In this document: positions 10,232-20,058 of the stretch, piece by piece
Position numbering within the stretch: the stretch's first letter is position 1
Layout: every line of letters begins with the position of its first letter
Source of the DNA: Utricularia gibba
Taxonomy: Eukaryota; Plantae; Magnoliophyta
Assembly (NCBI GenBank): GCA_002189035.1
Contig: NEEC01000380.1
Location: 1 to 20,058 of the forward strand
Direction of reading: 5' to 3'
DNA length: 20,058 bases
Program-made: the position numbers and the translations under genes
Notes under the pieces: model-generated
Seen by the model: the letters and a program-made list of their open reading frames with translations, nothing else
The model's database searches: none
Told to the model about the DNA's origin: nothing

Positions 10232-10928
10232 CTAAACTAACTTTCTCATCACAAGGCAAACGTAACATATCCAAAGGTGTAAGAGGATTAAAACCATAAA
10301 CGACTTCAAATGGAGATAATTTAGTAGTTAGATGCATGGTTCTATTGTAAGCAAACTCAACAAGTGGCAAACATTCCTCCCAAGTCTTAAGATTTGATTT
10401 AATCATAATCCTAAGTAAGGTAGAAAGTGTGCGATTAGTTACCTCAGTTTGCCCATCGGTTTGAGGGTGACATATTGTTGAGTATAACAGCTTAGTGCTA
10501 AGTTTACTCCAAAGAACTCTCCAAAAGTGACTAAGAAACCTTGCATCTCGATCAGAGACAATAGTTAGGGGCATACCATGAAGTCTAACAACTTCCCTAA
10601 AGAAGAGATCAGCCACATGAGATGCATCATCAGTTTTATGGCAGGGAATAAAGTGTGCCATCTTTGAAAACCTGTCCACAACAACGAAAATTGAATCTCT
10701 ACCCCTTTGGGTACGAGGTAAGCCTAAAACAAAGTCCATAGAAATGTCCACCCATGGTTGGGAAGGAGTAGGGAGTGGAGTATACAAACCATTAGGGGCA
10801 GTGGTTGATTTAGCCTTCCTACAAGAGATACATCTAGAACAAATTCTTTCAACATCCCTTCTCATGTGTGGCCAAAAGAAATGTTGGGTGAGAGTATCAA
10901 GAGTCTTTTTAACACCAAAATGTCCCAT
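10194..10928 (-). pseudogene. Integrase HHCC and DDE catalytic core
   Basis: HHCC motif: (AH)GG..MGHFG...CSRCISC. Catalytic D/D/E residues lie in ISMDFV, VSDRD and TDGQTEV. Confidence 0.96.
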
Positions 10929-12960
10929 TAGTCCCCACCATGAGCTTCTCTAACAATCAAATCACGTATGGAGCAAGAAGGAATGCACAGCCTATCTTTC
11001 CTATAAAGAAAACCATCTTTCCTGAAGAATAGCCCAGATGTAGCAAGTTCACATGCCTTATAAATATCCCCAAAATCGTGATCATGAACATATAAGTCAA
11101 TGATGGAAGCAAATCCAAGAATTCTTGCATCAAGATTGGCTAAGAGAGTGTACCTTCGAGATAAAGCATCAGCAACCACATTCTCCTTACCTTTCTTGTA
11201 TTTGATCACATATGGGAATGTGTCAATGAATTCCACCCACTTAGCATGTCTTCTATTCAGCTTTACTTGAGCCTTCAAATGTTTGAGAGACTCATGATCA
11301 GTGTGTATCACGAACTCCTTAGGCCATAAGTAGTGCTGCCATGTCTCCAAAGCTCTAACCAACGCATACAACTCTTTGTCATATGTTGGATAGTTGAGGG
11401 TGGCACCATGAAGCTTCTCACTAAAATAAGCAAGTGGACGTCCCTTTTGCATCAACACAGTACCAATCCCTAAACCTGATGCATCACATTCAATTTCAAA
11501 AGTATCAGAAAAATTTGGAAGTGCTAGGAGAGGTGTTGAGCAAAGCTTATTCTTGAGTTGTTTGAAAGCATGTTCCTGCTCATCTCCCCAATGAAATGCA
11601 TGATTTTTCTTGATCAACTGGGTGAGGGGTGCTGCTATAGAACTGAAGTCCCTAACAAACCGTCTATAGAAACTTGCTAAACCATGAAAACTCCTAACTT
11701 CACCCACTGATGTAGGTGTTGGCCATTCTTTGATTGCTCTTACTTTCTCTTCATCCACAGCTACTCCTGCATTACTTACAACATATCCAAGAAAAGAGAC
11801 ACTATTTGTGCAAAAGACACACTTTTTGATATTAGCAAACAACTTCTCTTTTCTAAGAGTATCTAACACATCTTTCAAATGCCCTATATGTTCCTCAATA
11901 CTTTTACTATAGATCAGAATATCATCAAAATAAACAACAACAAATCTACCTATAAAAGGCCTAAGAACGTGATTCATCAATCTCATAAAGGTGCTAGGAG
12001 CATTGGTTAACCCAAAAGGCATAACAACCCACTTATACAAACCAAACTTAGTTTTAAAAGCAGTTTTCCACTCATCACCTTCCTTCATTCTAATCTGATG
12101 ATATCCACTTCTCAAATCAATCTTACTAAAAACACAAGCACCATGCAATTCATCAAGCATATCTTCAAGTCTAGGGATAGGATGTCTATACTTGATTGTG
12201 ATGTTGTTGATGGCGCGACAATCAGTGCACATCCGCCAAGTTCCATCAGACTTTGGAACCAATAACACCGGCACCGAGCAAGGACTCATGCTCTCACGCA
12301 CAAATCCTTTAGACACCAATTCCTCAACTTGTTTTTGTATTTCCTTCGTCTCCTCTGGATTGGCTCGGTATGCTGGTCGGTTTGGGAGTTGTGCTCTAGG
12401 GACAAGGTCAATTTGATGCTCAATCCCTCTAAGGGGAGGTAAGCCTTGAAGTTCTTCTGGAAAAACATCTTCATATACATGTAAGAGAGACACAACACAA
12501 GATGGAATGGATGAAGCATGGTTAGGTGAAGTATGAACTTCATCCTTATACATGAGTAGAATGAATGGTTGCCTAGCATAAAGTAAGTGTCTAATCTCAC
12601 TTGGCCTTGCTAATAGACTCTCATTCTTTCTCTCAATTCCTAAAACTCTCATGTTTTCACTCTCTGTTTTGTGCTCATTTTCATCCTTTTTTTCACTCAA
12701 TTCCTTGCCATCTCTTCTTTTTTCTCCACTTTTTCGCATCTTTTTTTCACTCATTTTCACTTCACTCATCTCTTCTCCCTTACGAACGACCACCTTGTGC
12801 TTTCCATTATCAGTATGAAGGCCTCTAGCATCACTCAGAATTCTGACTTGATCTTCATGTGCCTCCTTTGGAGATAATGGAGCAAGTGTGATGGAGCGTC
12901 CATTATAATTGAAGGAATATTTGTTCTTGAAACCATCATGAAATGCTCTTCTATCATATC
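10928..12960 (-). pseudogene. pol: Reverse transcriptase and RNase H, plus the start of the integrase Zn-binding region
   Basis: RT motifs: [48 protein letters not shown] and YFDDIL (YFDD at 11921-11932). RNase H motifs: [26 protein letters not shown] and VADALSR. Confidence 0.97.
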
Positions 12961-13917
12961 CCAAGGTCTCCCAAGAAGAATATGGCTTGCATGCATAGGA
13001 ACAACATCACATAGGACTTCATCTTCATATCTCCCTATGGAAAACGTCACAAGCACTTGTTTGGTAACCTTTACCTCAATTACTTCATTGAACCACTGCA
13101 GATTGTAAGGCTTAGGATGCCTCACGGTGGGTAGTCCCAATTTCTCCACCAAGATGTTGCTAGCAACATTGGTGCAACTACCTCCATCAATAATCAGGCT
13201 GCAAACTTTCCTATTAACAAAGCATCGGGTTTGAAACAAGTTCTCCCTTTGCTCTTCATTATCCTTCACCCCAATGTTAAGCGTCCTTCGAGTGACTAAT
13301 ACTTCTCCAGAAACAGGCAATTCATCCTCATCACTCACTTCAGCTTCTGTCTCCACTAGATCATCATCATCTTCACTAACAACTTCGCCATTGCCCCTAA
13401 TCACCATTGCTCGTTTATTTGGGCATTCAGAAGCAATATGTCCAAGTCCCAAGCATTTGAAACATTTTATGTTTCTGGTAGTTCCCTTTGGAGGTGTTGT
13501 TCGCTCCCCTTGCTTGGAACTTGATTGGATGTCGAATTTGAAGTGTTCCATGGATGACTTCCCTTTATTTCTCTCCATCATCTCATTGGTGCCCCCAAAT
13601 TTCGAACCAGAAGTCCTCTTGTTGAAATCTCTTGCGAAACTCTTGCTAGATAGTTGTTTCTCAACCTTTGTGGCCATATGAATCATGTCCTCCATCTCAA
13701 TGTAGTGATGAAGCTCCACAATATTTGCAATCTCCTTATTCATCCCATGAAGAAACCTAGCCATAGTTGCTTCTCTATCTTCCTGAACATGAGCTCTAAT
13801 CAGTAAAATCTCCATTTCCTGCCAATATTCCTCCACTGGCCTTGAGCCCTGCTTGAGATTTTGCAAACGTTGATAAACATCTCTTTGGTAATGGTTTGGA
13901 ACAAACCGCCTCCTCAT
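12960..13917 (-). pseudogene. gag C-terminus with zinc knuckle, plus aspartic protease
   Basis: CFKCLGLGHIASEC (CX2CX4HX4C) at 13423-13464. CSLIIDGGSCTN has the catalytic Asp codon at 13186-13188, and ILLGRPW marks the protease end. Confidence 0.93.
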
Positions 13918-14563
13918 AACTTTTTCATCTCAACCCAAGTGTGAATTGGTTCTTCAGAGTCAATCCTTCTTTTAGCCACCAATTGATCCCACCAAATGAT
14001 AGCATACTCACTAAATTCCATGGAGGCCAATCTGATTTTCTTTTCGTCAGAGAAGGTGTTGCAATCAAAGACATGTTCTACTCTTGTTTCCCATTGGAGA
14101 TATGCATCTGGATCATTCTTTCCTTGAAATTGAGGTATCTTCATCTTGATGTTGTTAACATCCTTTCCAATTCTTCCTCCGTCTCTTCTACCTCCCTGAT
14201 CTCGAAATCTTCTTGTATCCCCATGCACAAAATCATTTTCACTATATTCAATGTAGTCATCTTCTTCATCATTATTCAGGGTTCGATCTCTTCTTCCAAC
14301 AGTCCTTGCACTTCGTTGATCACTTAAGTCATGTTCAGTGTTGATGCGTTGATGCAATTGACTACCTCGACCCTTCCAGCAGCATAATTATCTTGTCTTC
14401 GTGCTCTTGCAACATTTTGCAAAGAATTTTCGTGTTCATCAAGCCTGACATTTATGTTTTCCAGAATGCGATGCAATCTAGTGAACTCCTGTTGCATAGC
14501 TTTCAAAGTGAACCTCCCATCCGGTGAGTCATCCTTTTCATGCTCACTTCTGGAATTTGACAT
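13914..14563 (-). pseudogene. gag: gag N-terminal/capsid region (two frames, shift at ~14373)
   Basis: KMKIPQFQGKNDPDAYLQWE...LASMEFSEYAIIWWDQ...TWVEMKK is a typical retrotransposon gag capsid signature. Confidence 0.88.
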
Positions 14564-15379
14564 GCTAAATACTGGACAAAAGAAAACGAGCAGCAAGGAA
14601 GAAAAGAGACTAAACTAAAAAGAACAAAGAAACACACACAAGATTTACCACTCAATACTCAAGCTTCAAGTCCTTGATGCACTCTTTAATGTCATCATGC
14701 TTGTTCTCATGGCATCTAACGAATTAATCACTTCCAGATTGGTATTGATTATAGTGTAATGATGGAGTTAGGTGAGGGTGGCAGTATTAATAGTCTCAAG
14801 ATGGAGACAAAGGGAAGTGTTTAAATTAAATTGGTTGCTTGTTGGAATAGATAAATAGGAAGGATGGACAACAAGGTAAGAACAGATGAAATCAGAGAAT
14901 AGAGCACTACACACGAAATGTGTTGCTTGCTAAACTATAGAAATACAGAAATGGGCAATCAACAAAGAGAATAGTCAAATGGAAAGGTGGGGACACGTGA
15001 ATGACAGGGGATGGGAATTGAAGATAAGAAAAACAACAATAAAGTGGTTGGTTGGTGGAATGGGAAAAGTAGAGAGGTGGGCCACAATTTAAACATACAT
15101 AATAATGGATGATAGTGATGAGTAATGGATATTCACCTTCACACTCCTTATCCTCTTGCACACTTGAAAATGATATTCAATGTGTTCTTGCTATTCAATT
15201 GACACTCAATTTCGAGCTCTTCTTCAATCAACTTCCTGTGAACCTCCCTTTTTTTTTTGTACTAAAGCCAAAAGTAATAAGGACTTGGCTTGAACGATTT
15301 TTTTTTTTTTTTTTTTGAATAGGCAGGAATGGAAGAACTCAAACAAGAACTGGATAATAATAAGGATAAGGAACCCAAA
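14564..15379 (-). other. Non-coding 5' leader (~816 bp) with A19 (15298-15316) and A10 (15249-15258) runs and a pyrimidine-rich segment
   Basis: Lies between the PBS and the gag ATG. It contains no credible ORF, and the homopolymer runs are directly visible. Confidence 0.8.
14572..14648 (-). other. Putative 77-nt intron in the 5' leader
   Basis: The minus strand reads G|GTAAATC...TTTTCTTTTGTCCAG|TATTTAGC ATG, with 44 of 77 bases T. This fits plant intron length and composition, but there is no transcript evidence. Confidence 0.45.
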
Positions 15380-15391
15380 GCTCTGATACCA
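15380..15391 (-). other. Primer binding site for initiator tRNA-Met
   Basis: The minus strand reads TGGTATCAGAGC, 3 nt inside the 5' LTR end. This is complementary to the 3' end of plant tRNA-iMet (established). Confidence 0.96.
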
Positions 15392-15394
15392 AAA

Positions 15395-15997
15395 TGATGT
15401 GACCCTCTAATCTATAGAGATTAGCAACCCACAAAAAAGAGGTGATTTTGAAGCTTAGAAGAGAACCCACCGAAGTCTACCCTCAAGAGAATAAATCTCT
15501 TGCAACCAGACTTCGAAACAAAGAAAATTAGGAGCCACACTTCAGAAAAGAGAGATTGATTGGAAGTGATAATCCTAGAACGCCACAAGCTCAAAGCTTG
15601 ATAAGTTAAGAGTGTTCAAGCACTCAAAGGAGACAGGAATCTCACAAGATACATAAAATGACCAAAGATCCTGAATTAGTACATCTCTAGAGTAAATATA
15701 CTCTAGAATTGAGCTCTAACATTACATAGTCCAAACTAAATGAAATAGAAAAGTCTAACAAGCCCAATGCTCTAAGTTAAGTCCATCTTCAAGTAGTTGA
15801 CCTCTTTTGATGGGATGTCTTCAAGCCCATGTTTGATTCCAATGGTATTGAGTAGACCCTTAAGTGTATCTTCAACCATCTTTGTCTTGCTCCTAGTCAT
15901 TGGTCCTGGTGGAATCATCTTTCTTTCTAATTTGTTCACTTGAACAAACTCCTCATCATTCTTCAAATACACTTCATTATCTTCCTGGGGCTCATCA
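15395..15997 (-). repeat. 5' LTR (603 bp)
   Basis: On the minus strand it begins TGATGAGCCCC (15997) and ends GTCACATCA (15395). It is followed after TTT by the PBS, and satellite sequence resumes at 15998. Confidence 0.97.
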
Positions 15998-18900
15998 GAA
16001 AGTGATGTATTTCTTAACATTCGGTTTCGGGGTTGCCAACATGGTTTTTCAAGGAACAGGTTCTCGTTTTGAGGCGGCCAGTATCGCAAGGAACTTGGTC
16101 CGGGCCCCTGATTCTTTATGGCTCATGAGGACAAAAGGATGCAAATCGATGAAATAAATGATGCATTTGTTTAAATTACGATATCACGTGCACCCTACAT
16201 GATTTTTTCAACAACTTACTTTATACTTTAGGTGGTGGTCTTGGGGGCAAGAGGAACCAGACAACGGTCACCTTAAGTTTTGGCCGAAAGTAGGTTGCAG
16301 CCCGGCAAAGAAAGTGATGTATGTATTAACGTTCGGTTTTCGGGGTTGCTTACATGGTTTTTTCAAGGAACAACTTCTGCTTTAGTGGCGGCCAGTCTCG
16401 CTAGGAACTTGGTCCGGGCCCCTGATTCTTATGGCTCATGAGGACAAAGGATGCAAATCGATGAATAATGATGCATTTGTTTAAATTACGATATCACGTG
16501 CACCCTCCATGATTTTTTAAAAACTTACTATATCCTTGACGAGGTGGTCTTGGGGGGAAGAGGAACGGGAAAAAGGTTAGCTTAGGCTTGGGCCGAAAGT
16601 AAGTTGTAGCCCGTATTAAAGTGATGTCTTTATGAAGGTTCGGTTTTCAGGGTTGCCTACATGGTTTTTCAAGGAACATCTTCTCGTTTTGTGGCGCCAG
16701 TCTCGCTGGGATTGGTTCAGGACCCCGATTCTGTATGGCTCATGGGGTCAACCGGATGCAAATCGATGAAAAAAAATGATGCATTTGCTTAAATTACGAT
16801 ATCACGTGCACCCTCATGACTTTTTCAACAATTTACTTTATACTTGAGGAGGTGGTCTTGGGGGCAAGAGGAACCGGATAAAAGTCAGCTAGGCTTGGGC
16901 CGAAAGTAAGTTTTATCTCGGCAAAGAAAGTGATGTATTTATTAACGTTCGGTTTTCGGGGTTGCCTACATGCTTTTTCAAGGGACAGCTTCTCGTTTTG
17001 TGGCGGCTAGTCTCGTTGGGAACACGTCCTAGAACCCGATTCTGTATGGCTCATGGGGTCAACCGGATGCAAATCGATGAATACAATGATGCATTTGTTT
17101 AAATTACGATATCACGTGCACCCTACATCATTTTTTCAACAACATACTTTATACTTGAGGAGGTGGTCTTGGGGGGAGAGGAACCGGAAAAGGTCAGCTT
17201 AGACTTGGGCCGAAAGTAAGTTGTAGCCCGGCAAATAAAGTGATGTATTTATTAAGGTTCGGTTTTCGGGGTTGCCAACATGGTTTTTAAAGGAACAGCT
17301 TCTCGTTTTGTGGCGCCAGTCGCATGGAACTTGGTCCGGGCCCCTAATTCTTTATGGCTCATGAGGACAAAGGATGCAAATCGATGAAAAATGATGCATT
17401 TGTTTAAATTACGATATCACGTGCACCCTCATGATTTTTTCAAACAACTTACTTTATACTTGAGGAGGTGGTCTTGGGGGGAAGGGGAACCGGAAAAAGG
17501 TCAGCTTAGGCTTGGGCCGAAAGTAAGTTGTAGCCCGGCAAATAAAGTGATGTATTTATTAACATTCGTTTTCGGGGGCTGCCTACATGGTTTTTCAAGG
17601 AACATCTTCTCGTTTTGTGGCGGCCAGTCTCGCTGGAACTTGGTTCCGGGCCCCGATTCTTTATGGCTCATGAGTCAACCGGATGCAAATCGATGAATAC
17701 AATGATGCATTTGTTTAAATTACGATATCACGTGCACCCTACATGATTTTTCAATAACGTACTTTTATACTTGAGGAGGTGGTCTTGGGGGCAAGAGGAA
17801 CCGGACAAAAGGTCAGTATAGGCTTGGCCGAAAGTAAGTTTAGCCCGGCAAATAAAGTGATGTATTTCTTAACGTTCGCTTTTCGGGGTTGCCTACATGG
17901 TTTTTCAAGGAACAGCTTCTCGTTTTTTGGCGGCAAGTCTCGTTGGGAACTAATCCTAGACCCCCGATTCTGTATGGCTCATGGGTCAACCGGATGCAAA
18001 TCGATGAATACAATGATGCATTTGTTTAAATTACGATATCACGTGCACCCTACATCATTTTTTCAATAACGTACTTATACTTGAGGAGGTGGTCTTGGGG
18101 GGGAAGAGGAACCGGACAAAAGGTCAGCATAGGCTTTGGCCGAAAGTAAGTTGTAGCCCGGCAAAAAAGTGATGTATGTATTAACGTTCGGTTTTCGGGT
18201 TGCTTACATGGTTTTTCAAGGAACAACTTCTCTTTTGGCGGCCAGTCTCGCTAGGAACTTGGTCCGGGCCCCTGATTCTTTATGGCTCATGAGGACAAAG
18301 GATGCAAATCGATGAATAATGATGCATTTGTTTAAATTACGATATCACGTGCACCCTACATGATTTTTTCAAACAACATACTTTATACTTGAGGAGGTGG
18401 TCTTCCGGGGCAAGGGAACCGGAAAAAGGTCAGCTTAGGCTTGGGCCGAAAGTAAGTTGTAGCCCGGCAAATAAAGTGATGTATTTATTAACATTCGTTT
18501 CGGGGGCTGCCTACATGGTTTTTCAAGGAATATCTTCTCGTTTTGTGGCGGCCAGTCTCACTAGGAACTTGGTCCGGGCCCCGATTCTTTATGGCTCATG
18601 AGTACAAAGGATGCAGTTCGATGAATACAATGATGCATTTGTTTAAATTACGATATCACGTGCACCCTACATCATTTTTTCAATAACGTACTTTATACTT
18701 GAGGAGTGGTCTTGGGGGCAAGAGGAACCGGACAAAGGTCAGTATAGGCTTTGGCCCGAAAGTAAGTTGTAGCCCGGCAAAGAAAGTGATGTATTTCTTA
18801 ACGTTCGCTTTTCGGGGTTGCCTACATGGTTTTTCAAGGAACATCTTCTCGTTTTTTGGCGGCAAGTCTCGTTGGGAACCTAATCCGACCCCGATTCTTA

Positions 18901-20058
18901 TGGCTCATGGGTCAACCGGATGCAAATCGATGAATACAATGATGCATTTTTTAAATTACGATATCACGTGCACCCTACATAATTTTTTCAATAACGTACT
19001 ATATACTTGAGGAGGTGGTCTTGGGGGGAAGAGGAACCGGACAAAGGTCAGCATAGGCTTTGGCGGAAAGTAAGTTGTAGCCCGGCAAAGAAAGTGATGT
19101 ATGTATTAACGTTCGTTTTCGAGGTTGCTTACATGGTTTTTCATGGAACAACTTCTCCTTTACTGGCGGCCAGTCTCGCTAGGAAATTGGACCGGGCCCC
19201 TGATTCTTTATGGCTCATGAGGACAAAGGATGCAAATCGATGACTATAATGATGCATTTGTTTAAATTACGATATCACGTGCACCCTACATCATTTTTTC
19301 AACAACATACTTTATACTTGAGGAGGTGGTGTTCCGGGGCAAGGGGAACCGGAAAAAGGTCAGCTTAGGCTTGGGCCGAAAGTAAGTTGTAGCCCGGCAA
19401 ATAAAGTGATGTATTTCTTAACGTTCGGTTTTCGTGGTTGCCTACATGGTTTTTCAAGGTACAGCTTCTCGTTTTGTGGCGCCCTGTCGCATGGAACTTG
19501 GTCGGGCCCCTAATTCATTATGGCTCATGAGGACAAAGGATGCAATTCGATGAAAAAAATGATGCATTTGTTTAAATTACGATATCACGTGCACCCTACA
19601 TGATTTTTTCAACAACTTACTTTATACTTGAGGAGGTGGTGTTCCGGGGCAAGAGGAACCGGAAAAAGGTCAGCTTAGGCTTGGGCCGAAAGTAAGTTGT
19701 AGCCCGTCAAAGAAAGTGATGTATTTCTTAACGTTCGGTTTTCGGGGGCTGCCTACATGGTTTTTCAAGGAATATCTTTCGTTTTGTGGCGGCCAGTCTC
19801 ACTAGGAACTTGGTCCGGGCCCCCGAATCTTTATGGCTCATGAGTACAAAGGATGCAGTTCGATGAGTACAATGATGCATTTGTTTAACTTACGATATCA
19901 CGTGCACCCTACATCATTTTTTCAATAACGTACTTTATACTTGAGGAGGTGGTCTTGGGGGCAAGAGGAACCGACAAAGGTCAGTAAAGGCTTTGGCCGA
20001 AAGTAAGTTGTAGCCCGGCAAAGAAAGTGATGTATTTATTAACATTCCGTTTTCGGGG
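15998..20058 (+). repeat. Continuation of the same satellite, divergent subfamily B, ~305-313-bp monomers (about 13 copies)
   Basis: Anchors at 16180, 16490, 16798, 17108, 17413, 17724, 18035, 18341, 18652, 18960, 19271, 19581, 19894. Orientation is the same as in the left array. Monomers differ visibly more from each other than those in 1-7450. Confidence 0.99.

Larger units (their letters stand above)
9651..14563 (-). pseudogene. gag-pol polyprotein as sequenced, broken by six frameshifts (~14373, ~13923, ~12960, ~10934, ~10203, ~9784)
   Basis: Consecutive minus-strand ORFs (14324-14596, 13914-14357, 12835-13917, 10928-12964, 10194-10928, 9776-10231) join across motifs such as EMKK|VMRRRF, GRPW|xYDR and AHGG|GLMGHFG. 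The likely start is the ATG at 14563 (MSNSRSE). The stop at 9651-9653 is inferred from the intact frame in the 5' LTR (stop at 15772). Confidence 0.92.
8667..15997 (-). mobile_element. Full-length Ty3/gypsy LTR retrotransposon, chromovirus CRM clade (CR-motif type), with a nested solo LTR in its 3' LTR
   Basis: Two ~603-bp LTRs with TGATG/CATCA termini, PBS TGGTATCAGAGC and a PPT. Domain order is gag-PR-RT-RH-IN (gypsy order). The IIDGGSC protease motif, the integrase extending into the 3' LTR, and the GPMTRSKTK motif are hallmarks of CRM elements (established knowledge). Confidence 0.95.

Noticed and set aside
13905-13916. 12-bp match TGAGGAGGCGGT shared between gag (minus strand) and the satellite A monomer
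   Set aside because: It is too short and does not extend. It encodes the MRRR gag motif, so chance is sufficient and it is no evidence that the satellite derives from the element.
9344-14327. Plus-strand ORFs opposite gag-pol (e.g. 13274-13681, 13941-14327, 12192-12416, 9676-9948)
   Set aside because: These are antisense shadows of the coding strand with low-complexity S/F/L-rich translations and no motifs.
15298-15316. A19 run as the poly(A) tail of an inserted SINE or retrocopy
   Set aside because: Only ~60 bp separate it from the PBS, with no flanking TSD and no A/B boxes. It is more simply a homopolymer in the leader.
15993-16002. Shared AAAGA-like target preference between the solo-LTR TSD and the satellite site at the outer right junction (GCAAA|GAAAG)
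   Set aside because: Two sites in A-rich DNA cannot support a preference.
1-20058. Assigning the satellite to a named family or species
   Set aside because: I do not recognise the sequence with confidence, and monomer length alone is not diagnostic. A BLAST or PlantSat search would be needed.

Overview
This is eukaryotic, almost certainly plant, repeat DNA with no host genes. A head-to-tail satellite of about 315 bp (28 monomer anchors in 1-8666, 13 in 15998-20058) is interrupted by a 7.3-kb Ty3/gypsy chromovirus of the CRM (centromeric retrotransposon) clade on the minus strand (8667-15997). The element has TGATG...CATCA LTRs of 603 bp, a tRNA-iMet PBS, a PPT, and a gag-PR-RT-RH-IN frame broken by six frameshifts. 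Its integrase runs into the 3' LTR and ends in a CR-type motif (GPMTRSKTK). The most unusual structure is a same-family solo LTR (8942-9542) inserted in inverted orientation inside the 3' LTR with a perfect 5-bp TSD (AAAGA). It creates two interlocked ~270-330 bp inverted repeats close to the predicted LTR transcription start. The outer element has no TSD and the satellite resumes about 68 bp out of phase, which suggests recombination or deletion. The satellite is an old dimer of ~157-bp subunits. It has two subfamilies (homogeneous A on the left, divergent B on the right) with a deletion-marked boundary, conversion-like patches, a loose 3-4-mer higher-order pattern and a near-invariant 19-bp box. 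I see no new protein-coding system; the novelty is structural. All alignments and counts were done by eye and no database search was run.
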